A stretch of 64,000 nt of DNA from Coleofasciculus chthonoplastes F2-STO-03 (GTDB lineage: Bacteria; Cyanobacteriota; Cyanobacteriia; Cyanobacteriales; Coleofasciculaceae), in contig JAVJWO010000170.1 of the NCBI GenBank assembly GCA_040222015.1, positions 1 to 64,000 on the forward strand, written 5' to 3'. Positions 18,860-29,437 of this stretch are shown one piece after another. The stretch's first letter is position 1. Each line of letters begins with the position of its first letter. The notes below the pieces were generated by a model. The model worked only from the letters and a program-made list of their open reading frames with translations. It was not told the DNA's origin and ran no database searches. Both the position numbers and the translations under genes were made by a program.

Positions 18860-20080
18860 GTGTTCGCGCCTTACCCTAGAGTTTTCATCGCTTCCTTCAT
18901 GAGAACTTCATTGATTTATCGTTTATCAGGAAACTTATTTTTTCGGATTGCCTTTTTACTATCCGCCTGCACAGTACTGATTATCGTTGCCATTATCGGA
19001 TTCTCCCAACACTTCGATACAAAATACCTCTATGTGGCTGGACTTTCGTGGTGGGAAGGGTCAAATGCTTATGATCCGAATGTAGGCAGCCGACTCGGTG
19101 CAAACCAGAGTTTGGGTAGTTTTTTCTATCCTCCCCAGATTGCCCCCCTGTGTCTTCTCTTAAGCGCATTTCCTTGGACACAAGCTAAAGTAGTAATGAC
19201 CCTTTTCAATATCTTCAGCGCTGGGGTTTTGGCATTTTTTAGCTTACTTCTTGTGAAACAACCTCAGGTGAAACAACTCAGAGTCCCAGGTGCTAGTGCG
19301 AGATGGTTTATTCCAGCCGTTGTTATCGCTAATCCATTTACTCTGAATATCATCGTACTGGGACAAACGACTTTAATTGTTTCTGCAGCGCTGGTTAGTG
19401 GATGGTATTATGCTTATCGCGATAAGTGGGTTTTAAGTGGTGTTCTGATTGCCATTGCTACGATTAAACCACAGTTGAGCATGCTGGTTATTCTATGGCT
19501 ACTTTTAGAACGGCGCTGGCGAATTTTGGCGGTAGCTACCGTTACTACCTTGATTTTTTGCCTAGTTCCCATGGCAGTTAGTGGTCCAATTGATGTGTTT
19601 TTTCATTGGTTCGCTACCTTGGGTAAACATAAAACGATATTTGCTAATGTTTTAGGAACTGGGGGAGTGTTCAGTCTGCAAGATTTACTCTACACGGCTG
19701 GAATGAAAGTGCCACCGTTATTGCCATTGGGAATTGTCTTAACGGGTTTATTATGGTGGTATCGTTCCCGACTGATCATTGACGATGTGATTGGACTGTT
19801 GATGGCACTTTCAGTATTGTTTGGTTTCGCCCATCATTATGATTTAATCGCATTAGCACCGCTGATGGCAGCATTCTGGCGGCATTTGCATCATCGCTCT
19901 AGAGCCACCTTCGTTGCCATAACTGTGATGTTCGTCATGTGTTTTCCACGAAATGTTTTAATGAGGTTTATTGACAGTGAGTTACTGCTGCAATATCGGG
20001 TACTGTTGGTGATTGGTGTAACCATTTGGTTGGGAGTAATGAGCGTGAAGCGTAAAACAGAAATTTGGGGAATGTCGTAG
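18860..20080 (+). CDS. GT87/DUF2029 membrane glycosyltransferase (GT-C)
   Basis: FDTKYLY, FFYPP, LGQT, IKPQ, HHYD; multiple TM segments. Confidence 0.85.
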   Translation: MFAPYPRVFIASFMRTSLIYRLSGNLFFRIAFLLSACTVLIIVAIIGFSQHFDTKYLYVAGLSWWEGSNAYDPNVGSRLGANQSLGSFFYPPQIAPLCLLLSAFPWTQAKVVMTLFNIFSAGVLAFFSLLLVKQPQVKQLRVPGASARWFIPAVVIANPFTLNIIVLGQTTLIVSAALVSGWYYAYRDKWVLSGVLIAIATIKPQLSMLVILWLLLERRWRILAVATVTTLIFCLVPMAVSGPIDVFFHWFATLGKHKTIFANVLGTGGVFSLQDLLYTAGMKVPPLLPLGIVLTGLLWWYRSRLIIDDVIGLLMALSVLFGFAHHYDLIALAPLMAAFWRHLHHRSRATFVAITVMFVMCFPRNVLMRFIDSELLLQYRVLLVIGVTIWLGVMSVKRKTEIWGMS

Positions 20081-20171
20081 GGGCGGACCGACGTGCATTG
20101 GTGTCAACTTAAGGTGAAAAGTCAATGCTGGCAAGGTTTTAAGCTGTGTCTATCTACTCCTCAACATTTTC

Positions 20172-20324
20172 CCCCTCATCCCCTAACCCCTTCTCCCACC
20201 GTGGGGAGAAGGGGAACCAGATTTTCTTGCTCCCCTCTCCCCTGCCATAAAAGCGAAGCATCCTTAGTCCTCCCCCCTCTTGTAGCAGGGAACGAGGGGG
20301 GTCGGGAGAGGGGCTGGGGGAGAG
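20172..20324. repeat. Nested CCCCT(T)CTCCC/GGGAGA(A)GGGG palindromic repeat
   Basis: Hairpin 20187-20214; outer arms 20232-20241/20304-20313 enclosing inner arms 20272-20279/20294-20301. Confidence 0.75.
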
Positions 20325-20575
20325 CTGACAGGTGTAGGTTTTTTACTTTAGGATGGGGACAAGACAAGGAGGACAAGGAAGGAAAGTAGACAATGAAGAG
20401 AAGAATTGTATAGTTCAAGACGTATTTAGGCAAAAAGATTGTCGTGGAAATAAACCATTCAAGGAAATACCTTTGCCACAAATTAAATCGGCAATAATGT
20501 TAATTAATCCTTGTAAAAAACAAGAGATATTCCTCTCTTTTCTTCTCGAATCTGATCGACGTGCGCCCAATAAAT

Positions 20576-20599
20576 CCGTAAAATCTATAGATTTTACGG
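20576..20599. promoter_or_regulatory. Perfect 24-bp palindrome downstream of wzc (binding site or terminator-like)
   Basis: CCGTAAAATCTA|TAGATTTTACGG; palindrome certain, function unknown. Confidence 0.45.
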
Positions 20600-20639
20600 C
20601 AATAGGCAACAGGAATTCAAACACCCTCTTGAGCAGCCG

Positions 20640-22925
20640 TTAATATCGAATTGCCTGTCGGCGATAGACACCATAAGACGGCGTAGCCTCTGATTTCACC
20701 CCATTGGCAACAACCCCTAAAATGGATGCTCTAGCAATCTTTAATCCATCAAAGGCTTTCATCACCAAGGAACGGTCAGTTTTCTCAACTCCCACTACCA
20801 GTATCGTGCCATCCGCTTTAGCCGCGATTAGGTTTCCATCCCCCAAACCCAGAAGCGGTGGGGTATCGTAGATAACTAGGTCAAACTGAGCTGTCACTTG
20901 CTCCATGAGAGACTGCATCCTCTCAGAGGAAAGCAGTTTGATTGGGTCGGATAAACTCTGACCAGCCGTCAACACAAACAAGTTCTCATCCAGAGAGGAT
21001 TTTTGGATAGCATCCTGAAGCATTAAGTCTGTAGCAATGATATCACTAAGTCCCTGGGTATTGGGTAAGTCTAATCGACTGTGAAGCTGAGGACTGCGTA
21101 AATCCGTGTCTACAAGTAAAACGCGCTTACCAATCGTGGCGGAGGTTTGAGCCAGGTACACCGCAACCGTTGTTTTGCCATCACCCGGTACAGCAGAGCT
21201 AATCGCCAGTGATTGGATAGGCTTCTTTGCACTCAGCAAACGGATATTGGTATACAAAGAGCGGAAGGCTTCCATAAAGGGTGAAGTGCCGTAATCGGTA
21301 GGGCGATTGTGAGAAAACCAATGACGCTTTTGTTCAGGTTTAGAATGAGCAACTTGGGTTATAACCGCGAGTTGACTAGGTTGTTTAGAAAGTTTTTTAA
21401 ACTGTTTAGTCAAAGGAATCACTCCCAAAATGGGCAGCTTTGTGGCCCCCTTGATGTCTTCCGGGGTGTGGAATACCGTATGGAGAATCTCGACCAGAAA
21501 ACCGACGCCGATACTCAGGAAGACACTTAAAATCACCGCTATAGCCAGGGGACGCTTCAGTGGCTGTGGATCAACAGGCACTGGCACACCATTCTCGTTA
21601 TCCCAGATTTCCGGAGGGTTAATTAACTCCCAGGGAATTTGTTGCTGAGCCGCATCGAGTTTTAAGGTTTCTCGTTTAGAAAGAAATTCCTTCAGGTTAT
21701 CCGTAGCCAAATCAACTTTACTGTCTAAATCAGTAATCTGTCGAGTAACATTGGGTAACTGCTCAAGTTGTTGATTAATTTGATTTTCAGTTTGGAGAAT
21801 GGTTTGATAGCGGTCTTCTAATCCTTGAATTTTACCAGCTAAATTTTCCAGGACATCTTGGGATTCTTGACTGAGTAATAGACGCAAATTTTCCCGCCGT
21901 TCACTTAAGATTTCCATGGGGGGACTATCTGCCCGAAATTGAGCGGATTCTGAGGCTAGCTGGGCTTCTACTTTCTGCAATTCTGAGAGTAAGGGACCAT
22001 AGGCTTGGGCTTCTGTCGATAAAATTGCCGTGGGATCGGCTTCATTCAACTGTTGTTGTAAGGTATTGTAGAGTGAACGGGTTTCAGCCAGTTGAGCCGC
22101 TGTCTCTAATCGATCTCTGCGAATGGCAAGCACATGTTGTGTTAACTGTTGATCAGCTATCTCCGGATCAATCAGATTGTAATCCTGCCGTAGCTTTTGC
22201 AATTGCTCTTGGAGTTGATCAACTTGCTGCTGTAGACGGGGAAGTTGAGATTCAATAAATGTAATTCCTTGCGTCAGGGTTTTCTGACGCTCTTGTAGAC
22301 TATAATCGAGATACCTATCAGAGATTGTTTTTAAAACAAATTTAATTTTTTTTATGTCTTTGTCTTGATAAATGACTTCTAAAATCTTAGTGCCGACGTC
22401 TTCCGCATTTTTTTCATAAGTCATGCGGACAATTGACATACTTGCCATCAGAGAGTTATAGTCAATATCCGGATACCGATTCTGTAGCTGATCGACTATT
22501 GGACTTATGAGTTGCGGACTTTTCAAAACCCTAATCTGGGATTCGTAATCCAATAAACTTGTGTTTTCAAAATTTCCTGTTCGTATATTTGCACCTTGAC
22601 TTTGAGCCTGTAAAAATTGATTTCTTACCAGATTTTCTGCAGTAACTGGCTCAACTAAAAGTTTAAAAGACCCTTGATACTTTGGAATATACTGACGTTT
22701 ACTCCACAGCAGCCAGAGTCCAGAACCCACAATCAATGTCAAGGCGACTCCTGTCATTAACCAGGCTCTCCGACGGGCAACAGCCAAAACCCAACCTAAA
22801 TCTACGGTTTGTCCATCAGTCTGATTGACTTCGGTTGAGTGAACCTGAGGCAATGACTTGAGCGGTTTGCCGTTTGGCTGGGCGGGAAATGGCTGTAAAT
22901 TGTGTTCGGTATCCATCAGAAGCAC
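20640..22925 (-). CDS. wzc: Wzc/GumC polysaccharide co-polymerase with BY-kinase domain
   Basis: Two TM segments, coiled coil, EAFRSLYTN, Walker A PGDGKTT, VDTDLRSP, YDTPP, Tyr-containing tail. Confidence 0.93.
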   Translation of the reverse strand: MLLMDTEHNLQPFPAQPNGKPLKSLPQVHSTEVNQTDGQTVDLGWVLAVARRRAWLMTGVALTLIVGSGLWLLWSKRQYIPKYQGSFKLLVEPVTAENLVRNQFLQAQSQGANIRTGNFENTSLLDYESQIRVLKSPQLISPIVDQLQNRYPDIDYNSLMASMSIVRMTYEKNAEDVGTKILEVIYQDKDIKKIKFVLKTISDRYLDYSLQERQKTLTQGITFIESQLPRLQQQVDQLQEQLQKLRQDYNLIDPEIADQQLTQHVLAIRRDRLETAAQLAETRSLYNTLQQQLNEADPTAILSTEAQAYGPLLSELQKVEAQLASESAQFRADSPPMEILSERRENLRLLLSQESQDVLENLAGKIQGLEDRYQTILQTENQINQQLEQLPNVTRQITDLDSKVDLATDNLKEFLSKRETLKLDAAQQQIPWELINPPEIWDNENGVPVPVDPQPLKRPLAIAVILSVFLSIGVGFLVEILHTVFHTPEDIKGATKLPILGVIPLTKQFKKLSKQPSQLAVITQVAHSKPEQKRHWFSHNRPTDYGTSPFMEAFRSLYTNIRLLSAKKPIQSLAISSAVPGDGKTTVAVYLAQTSATIGKRVLLVDTDLRSPQLHSRLDLPNTQGLSDIIATDLMLQDAIQKSSLDENLFVLTAGQSLSDPIKLLSSERMQSLMEQVTAQFDLVIYDTPPLLGLGDGNLIAAKADGTILVVGVEKTDRSLVMKAFDGLKIARASILGVVANGVKSEATPSYGVYRRQAIRY

Positions 22926-23024
22926 CTCTAGAGTCTTGGGTTGACTGAACCGAATCAGCGATTAACTGAGCTTAGTTCAGTTCAAGGTAGGTATCTCTCT
23001 ATTTTATAAGTTCCTCTAGGTGAG

Positions 23025-24485
23025 CTAGAAAAAGATTCCCAATAAATCAAACAGTCTGAACAAGTTAAACACACCATTGAGGGGGGATAGGGGGGCTTCG
23101 AGCGTATCGGCAATCCTGGCGGCGCCAGAGCGATTAACCAAAATTATGTCATTATTACGAACAATGGGATTGCTTTGATCATTGATACCCTGAGCAAAGT
23201 CAATCGGTATTGTCCGTTTAGACACAGTACCATCTGGATTGAGACGAATCAATTCCACCGAACTTTTGCGCGCTCGCGTGAATTCAAATCCACCAGCCGC
23301 TAGCAATGCTTGATTTAAGGGGGTATTCGGGGGAACTTCTACGAGTCCAGGTCGAGTCACTTCGCCGACGACACTCACTTGAATCGTATCAGGGGAAAAA
23401 CTCGCGGTGGCTAGTTCAGTAGCGTCAGCTGGACTCACGTCACTAGCCGTTGGCACGATAATTGTATCTCCCTCCTGCAACACAGTGTCTTGGTTAAAAT
23501 CCCCCAGTTGCAAGAGTTGCCACAAATTGATCGGAATCGTATAGTCTGCACCCGTTTTTGTCACTCGGCGTATCGAGATTTGGCGAATGTCAGCCATGGG
23601 TTTAATCCCACCAGCAATCTGAATTGCTCGGGTAATCGTCGGTAAGCCAACATTCCTTTGAGTCGTTCCCGTATTTCCGCCAACGATTGTATAAGTTCCT
23701 GGACGGTTCACTTCGCCAACCACAGCAACGGTAAGGGGTTCTTCGGGATCAGGTGCAAGACTACTGGTGGCAATTTGTCGTGCTTCAGCTAAGTTAAGAT
23801 TCGTTAAGATAGGGACAAAGACGGTATCGCCATCACCCAAGAGTACGTTTTGACGCGGATTCCCAGTCTGTATGAATTCCCAAAGATTAACCGTAGTTAC
23901 GGCTCCTGAACCAAATTGTTGGCGTCGGCGAACTTGGACGTTGCGAATATCAGCCGATAGGGTGACTCCGCCAGCTTGCTGTATCGCTTGGGTTACAGTG
24001 GGGTATTGTACCCCTGGAACATTTCCGACGCCCCCTGTAAAAGATAGGGTATAGGAGCCTGGACGATTGACTTCCCCAGAAACTGACAAATTCAAAGGAC
24101 GGGGACTGAGCAGGATGACGGTGACTAGGGGGCGTTTGATAACGCTTTGATATCGAGCAGAAATTGCCTGTGCAGCTTGTTGTTCGGTGAGTCCCTCGAG
24201 TCGTACACTACCAACCAAGGGTAGGTTGAGTGAACCTCCGGGCGGGATTTGATACTCTCCGCTATATTGGGGGACTTCTAAGATATCCAGACGAATGCGA
24301 TCGCCACCGCCTAGGGTATACGCTTGGGATTGTGCCAACCTGGCTGGTGGGGGTTGAGGCTGTGGCTCTTGAAAGCTTGGCAGTTGCGCCCTAGTAATAG
24401 AACCGGAGCAGATGAGCGTCAGGGAAACCCCTAAACACATAGACGCACCGACTGGGCGAGTCAGTTGCCGAGGTACGTAGCGCAT
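23025..24485 (-). CDS. wza: Wza-like polysaccharide export protein with SLBB repeats
   Basis: YTLGGGDRI..LPLVG export motif; three V.GEV.RPG SLBB repeats. Confidence 0.93.
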   Translation of the reverse strand: MRYVPRQLTRPVGASMCLGVSLTLICSGSITRAQLPSFQEPQPQPPPARLAQSQAYTLGGGDRIRLDILEVPQYSGEYQIPPGGSLNLPLVGSVRLEGLTEQQAAQAISARYQSVIKRPLVTVILLSPRPLNLSVSGEVNRPGSYTLSFTGGVGNVPGVQYPTVTQAIQQAGGVTLSADIRNVQVRRRQQFGSGAVTTVNLWEFIQTGNPRQNVLLGDGDTVFVPILTNLNLAEARQIATSSLAPDPEEPLTVAVVGEVNRPGTYTIVGGNTGTTQRNVGLPTITRAIQIAGGIKPMADIRQISIRRVTKTGADYTIPINLWQLLQLGDFNQDTVLQEGDTIIVPTASDVSPADATELATASFSPDTIQVSVVGEVTRPGLVEVPPNTPLNQALLAAGGFEFTRARKSSVELIRLNPDGTVSKRTIPIDFAQGINDQSNPIVRNNDIILVNRSGAARIADTLEAPLSPLNGVFNLFRLFDLLGIFF

Positions 24486-24676
24486 AGGCTATCTCTTTGC
24501 TTCAGACTGGATACTCTCCAATTTTATCTGTATAATATATTTTTTACGCCCGGTTGAAAAAAAATTAAGCCTACGCCACGGTTGTGTTATAATAAAGCAT
24601 TTTACGTAAGTCCTGTCTAAGTAGGTTTGTAGAAATAAATTTAACCATGTTAATTTATGTAAATAGTCCTCAAACC

Positions 24677-24718
24677 ATGACCAATGACCAATGACCAATG
24701 ACCAATGACCAATGACGA
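24677..24718. repeat. Heptamer STRR (ATGACCA)x5-6
   Basis: Tandem copies in the divergent wza/wzy intergenic region. Confidence 0.95.
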
Positions 24719-24768
24719 TCCCCACCGTTAACTTTTATTGTGCCTACCTACTTATCACAGGTCATTGA

Positions 24769-26178
24769 ATGAAAGAGCTAATTTTACATCCCCTAATTCT
24801 AACTTTACTCTTTTTTGCGGGTTCCGTCTATTTTGTTATCGGGTTTCAATTAATTAATTCAAATAATCGATGGTCTAAGCTCTTTGAGCAAACCTGTGCT
24901 ACTGTCTTATTGATGATTATTGGCGGAGTCTGCGTAGGACTGATGCATAAATTTCATCCTCGGGCTTTGTCTCTAAGAACTACAACTTTGCCGACTATTA
25001 GCATGACCCTTGCGACTTATAGCGTTTGTCTTGTTTTGTTGGCACCCAGGTTAAATAATAATCTTAAAGATGGGGTTTATGTATTCTCTTATTTTTTGAA
25101 AAATAATTTATTTTTTTGCGGCTATATTCTGGTCATGCTTTTGTCTTTTTCATTTTCCAACATGCCAGGTTATACGTTTAAAGCAAGTATCGTTCATATA
25201 GGAGTAACTTTGGTATTAATTTATATTGGCAAGCAATATAGCTGGAAAGAATTACTGGCGATGTTGACTTGGTATCATGGGATCGCTGTTATTCTTTTTT
25301 TAGTATTTGGTAAGCAATATTTGGGACATAAAAATTATGTCGGACCAACGATGGCTTTGAGCGCAATTATACTTTATTTATGGTCAGTCGATGTATCCAA
25401 AAAATATAAATTGATCTTCATGAGTCTAGCAACTTTAGCCGTTGTCTTTGTGCAACAAGCTGAAAGTGGTATGGGGAAAGCGTTAATATTTATATTGATA
25501 TGTCTCTTAGGATGTCTCAGATTTCTCAAACGTTTACCACCAAGAATAGCTTTTGCTTGCATGGGTGTATTTCTGGCAATTGCCGTATCTCTATTGATTT
25601 TGATTACGGAGAATGCCGAGTATATTATTGTCGAGAAACTAGGTAAGGATATGACCTTAACCGGTCGCACGCTCTTTTGGCCCCTAATTGTCGATGCTAT
25701 AAATAGGCATCCTTTATTTGGATATGGATACGGAGGGTTTTGGCAGGATTGGCGAGGGGCTGATAACCCAGCATTTAACATTAGAGCTCCTAATGGTTAT
25801 CAACCACCGCATTCTCACAATGGTTTTTTAGATATAGGCGTTAATTTTGGCTGGATTGGAGTGAGCTTATTTATCCTGTCATTGTTAGTGAATATTTACT
25901 ACGGAGTCCTGCATCTGATTCGCACGAAAGATGCCACAGCCGGATTGCCATTGGTTATTTTTACTTGGTTAATAATCACAAATTATACAGAAACCAGTCT
26001 AGTTGCTATCTCTAGTGGCTGGGCATTTTATGTATTGATGACCGCAAGGTTAACCATGGACGTGGTAGCAAAAAATACCAGTGATGATGCCCATATCCAG
26101 AAGACTTTAGCGTTTGAGTCAACGTCTTCGTCTCCCGAAATCAGCGCCACTGAGGATAGGAATCACTACATTGATTAA
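24769..26178 (+). CDS. wzy: Wzy/O-antigen ligase family polymerase
   Basis: HKN, GKDMTLTGRT.FW, PLFGYGYGGFW, HSHNGFL; polytopic. Confidence 0.88.
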   Translation: MKELILHPLILTLLFFAGSVYFVIGFQLINSNNRWSKLFEQTCATVLLMIIGGVCVGLMHKFHPRALSLRTTTLPTISMTLATYSVCLVLLAPRLNNNLKDGVYVFSYFLKNNLFFCGYILVMLLSFSFSNMPGYTFKASIVHIGVTLVLIYIGKQYSWKELLAMLTWYHGIAVILFLVFGKQYLGHKNYVGPTMALSAIILYLWSVDVSKKYKLIFMSLATLAVVFVQQAESGMGKALIFILICLLGCLRFLKRLPPRIAFACMGVFLAIAVSLLILITENAEYIIVEKLGKDMTLTGRTLFWPLIVDAINRHPLFGYGYGGFWQDWRGADNPAFNIRAPNGYQPPHSHNGFLDIGVNFGWIGVSLFILSLLVNIYYGVLHLIRTKDATAGLPLVIFTWLIITNYTETSLVAISSGWAFYVLMTARLTMDVVAKNTSDDAHIQKTLAFESTSSSPEISATEDRNHYID

Positions 26179-26246
26179 ATTGAGTCATCGTTGTACGCAC
26201 AAATACATTCTCAATCACTAGAGTTTAATCAAGGATTCCCATTTTA

Positions 26247-27587
26247 ATGCTAGACAAAATCGCCTCACTCGCTCAAAAGCTTAGTCCGGGTTTACGCCAA
26301 GTCCTCAGCAATATGGGGTGGCTGTTTGTGAGTAAAGTAATAGAACTCGGATTAAGTCTAGTGGTTGGGATCTGGGTGACTCGTTATCTCGGACCAACCC
26401 AGTTGGGCACGCTCACCTACGCGATGACGTTTGTGGGCATGTTTAGATTTGCTAGCCTGCAAGCGTTGAAAAGTCTTGTCGTGCGAGATATTGCCCGGAG
26501 TCCCACCAGTAAAAATGAAACCCTAGGCACCACGTTTGCCCTTCAATTCGCGGGTGGCTTAATTACCCTCTTGGCAGCTGTAGGAACAATTTATTGGCTA
26601 CAACCCAATGAACCCTTAACTCACTGGTTAGTGGGAATCATCGCAGCCGGGACTCTTTTTAATGCATTTAATACGATTGATTTCTGGTTCCAGTCCCAAA
26701 TCCAGTCAAAATATACAGTTGTTGCCAGGAATTCTGCCTATGTATTTATGGCAGCGATTAGAATTGGACTGATTCAGCTACAAGCCCCTTTGATTACCTT
26801 TGCTTGGGCGAGATTGGCGGAGATGATGCTGGGAACAATTGGACTCGTTATAGTTTATCAAAGTCGGGGGAATCATATTCAAGCATGGCGAGCGAGTTGG
26901 CAACGAGCCAAAGAATTGTTACAGGAGGGGTGGTTGCTGGTTGCGGCGGGAGTCGCTATTTATATCTATGCTGATATAGATCAGCTCATGCTAGGATCAA
27001 TGTTAGCGGATAAATCCGAATTAGGATTTTATGCCGCAACAGTGAAGATATCGCGGCTTCTCGATTTTTTCCCGATGGTCTTAGCCTCATCAATTTTGCC
27101 CAAACTGACGGCAATCAAAGAGAAAAGTCATGAAGATTATCTGGATAAACTTCAGGTTTATTTTGACATTTCAACGTTGATATGGTTAGCTGGTGCTATT
27201 CCGATTTCACTTTTCTCTCATTATATCGTTCAGATTCTCTATGGAGCAGATTTTGCGGCAGCTGGAACTTTGTTGTCTGTTTATATTTGGTCTCAATTTA
27301 ATAGTTGTTTGGGCGTAGCAAGAGGCACTATTCTAACTATAGAAAGGAAATTAAAATTTAATCTTATTTTAACAACTATGGGTGCGATAGTTAATTTAAT
27401 TTTGAATTTTTTACTGATACCAAAGTATGGGGCAATGGGAGCCACAGTTGCGACGATAATCACTTACTTAATTGTGATTATTTTAATAAATTTTTTAATT
27501 AAAGAGTTGAGATTTGTGGGGAGTCTAATAATTAATTCTATGAACTTGTATGCGGCTATTTCAAGAATTAAAAAAGAATTGCAATGA
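26247..27587 (+). CDS. wzx: Wzx flippase
   Basis: RYLGP..LG, DFWFQSQIQSKY, IDQLML, LLIPKYGAMGA; multi-TM. Confidence 0.92.
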   Translation: MLDKIASLAQKLSPGLRQVLSNMGWLFVSKVIELGLSLVVGIWVTRYLGPTQLGTLTYAMTFVGMFRFASLQALKSLVVRDIARSPTSKNETLGTTFALQFAGGLITLLAAVGTIYWLQPNEPLTHWLVGIIAAGTLFNAFNTIDFWFQSQIQSKYTVVARNSAYVFMAAIRIGLIQLQAPLITFAWARLAEMMLGTIGLVIVYQSRGNHIQAWRASWQRAKELLQEGWLLVAAGVAIYIYADIDQLMLGSMLADKSELGFYAATVKISRLLDFFPMVLASSILPKLTAIKEKSHEDYLDKLQVYFDISTLIWLAGAIPISLFSHYIVQILYGADFAAAGTLLSVYIWSQFNSCLGVARGTILTIERKLKFNLILTTMGAIVNLILNFLLIPKYGAMGATVATIITYLIVIILINFLIKELRFVGSLIINSMNLYAAISRIKKELQ

Positions 27588-27636
27588 AATATTTCTAAAA
27601 ATAGAAAATATCGCGTAGGCTATCTATTTAAAGTAG

Positions 27637-27729
27637 TATAGCGTTTTCATTTGAGATGGAAACAAGCAATCATTGCCCAGTAAGGCTTTCAGTGCTTTGG
27701 CTGTACACGAATCATCTGAAAACACTATA
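27637..27729. mobile_element. 93-bp MITE (copy 1)
   Basis: TIR TATAGCGTTTTCA/TGAAAACACTATA; near-identical copy at 39869-39961. Confidence 0.85.
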
Positions 27730-27758
27730 GGATAAGATAAAATTATTATTTTTTCATT

Positions 27759-28955
27759 ATGAAAAGTCTAGTTTGCTTCCGTCCTGGCGTTATTGGCAAC
27801 AATACAGCGTTTGAGGCTCAAGCCTCAATTTACAAGTATCTTCAGGAGCATTATTGTTATCAGTTCACTATCGTTAAGTCAGAAGGGGATCAGTATGATG
27901 AGCCAGCCTTTAAGATTATTTCTATTCCCCGAACAGCTTGGATGTCCAGTTTCCACAGGTTAGGAGTTCCCAAGTTAGGAGGGACTAACAAAACTCTTGA
28001 GCCAATCTTTGCTCAAGCTGACGGTATTTTAACGGTTGATCCCACTATCTATCCCCAAGGGTTACTCGCCATTAAAATAGCCGAGCGGCTGAAAAAGCCT
28101 GTTTGGTTTGACGCCTCTCTAACGTTTGCCAATAACTCTCAAGACTTGATTTGGCAGTTAAAACGGAGATTTTGGATTAGAAAAGCTCTTTATCAAGCCA
28201 CAGGAATCATAGTTACTGTTCCCAAGTGCATTGAGCGGTTTCAAGAGTTAGGGCTATTTGATCAAGTTATTGCTCCTAAGTTTAGGATTATCGGACACCC
28301 CGTTGATACTCAACGGTTTACACCCAAACCGAAACAGTCTGAGCAAGATGGTATACTGCGAGTGTTGGTCGTATCCAGGATGGTACCTGAAAAGGGTCTA
28401 CTCTATATTTTGGAGGCGATGACGCCTTTGTTGCGATCGCGCAGTAACCTGCAACTGCAATTGTTGGGTTCAGGCTCGATGCGCTCTTTGCTAGAAAACG
28501 AAGTCGCAGAACGTGGATTGAGTGAGCAAGTCATTTTTCTTAATTCGGTTCCCCATTCGGAAATTCCGGATATTCTAGGAGGTGTAGATGTCTTTGTCAA
28601 TCATGCTGTAAGTATTAGGTCATGGGAAGAATATTTTGGTGTGGTTAATCTAGAAGCGATGTCTTGCTGTTTACCCTGTGTGCTAACGAGTTGTGGTGGT
28701 ATTTCCTATGCTATCCGAGAAAAAAATGTCGCTATTTTTGTGGAACAACGGAACATCATTCAATTACGCGAAGCTATTGTTCACCTACTGGATTCGGATA
28801 AGCAGCGACAGAAAATGGGAAAGAGAGGGCGTGACTATGTAGAAAACTACTATGCGCTATTTATGGTTGCTGGAAAATATCATCGGATGTTGCAACACAG
28901 CTTGGCTAAAGACGGGTTAGCGCTAACAAACACGCCCCAACCTCAGTTTAGATAA
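27759..28955 (+). CDS. GT4 glycosyltransferase
   Basis: VSRMVPEKG, EYFGVVNLEAMSC. Confidence 0.92.
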   Translation: MKSLVCFRPGVIGNNTAFEAQASIYKYLQEHYCYQFTIVKSEGDQYDEPAFKIISIPRTAWMSSFHRLGVPKLGGTNKTLEPIFAQADGILTVDPTIYPQGLLAIKIAERLKKPVWFDASLTFANNSQDLIWQLKRRFWIRKALYQATGIIVTVPKCIERFQELGLFDQVIAPKFRIIGHPVDTQRFTPKPKQSEQDGILRVLVVSRMVPEKGLLYILEAMTPLLRSRSNLQLQLLGSGSMRSLLENEVAERGLSEQVIFLNSVPHSEIPDILGGVDVFVNHAVSIRSWEEYFGVVNLEAMSCCLPCVLTSCGGISYAIREKNVAIFVEQRNIIQLREAIVHLLDSDKQRQKMGKRGRDYVENYYALFMVAGKYHRMLQHSLAKDGLALTNTPQPQFR

Positions 28956-29044
28956 AAATAGAAAAATAGATATATAAAATTAATTTTAGATGTCAGTTAA
29001 CAACCCTTTTCAAATAAGGCTTTTAGTTCTGAGGAGTAAAGATC

Positions 29045-29437
29045 ATGGATTCATTATTAAAGGTTATTCGTAAGCTGTCACGAATAAATTCTTCTATCCG
29101 AAATCTACAGTTAAATAGAAAAATTGAGCAAGCAAGGCAGATTCGAGATAGTGTCCCTTACAATAGTGAACCAAATGTATCTATTATTATACAGTTTTTT
29201 AACAAACGGCAAAACATCAAACAAATTATAGAATCTCTTCGCTTAACAACTGCTGAAGAAATCATTGTAATTGATGATGGTTCTATCGACAATTCTTATA
29301 AGGAATGGCTCAAATATCTGAATAGACTCAATGAATTCTTGCTTCACTGCAATGATTTATTTGAGGTGAGAACATACGATATAGCAATTAGAATGGCTAA
29401 TTGTATACCTTTAATCGAGTTAATAAGTCGGTTTTAA
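29045..29437 (+). pseudogene. Truncated GT2 glycosyltransferase (N-terminal part)
   Basis: PNVSIII, EIIVIDDGSID; the frame ends at 130 aa shortly after RMA, before the DxD motif. Confidence 0.7.

Noticed and set aside
20093..20643. Short ORFs 20093-20389, 20176-20481, 20353-20643 and 20415-20624
   Set aside because: They run through palindromic repeats and have no recognisable motifs
24489..24725. 78-aa ORF with VIGHWSL repeats (similarly 63428-63625)
   Set aside because: STRR translation artefact
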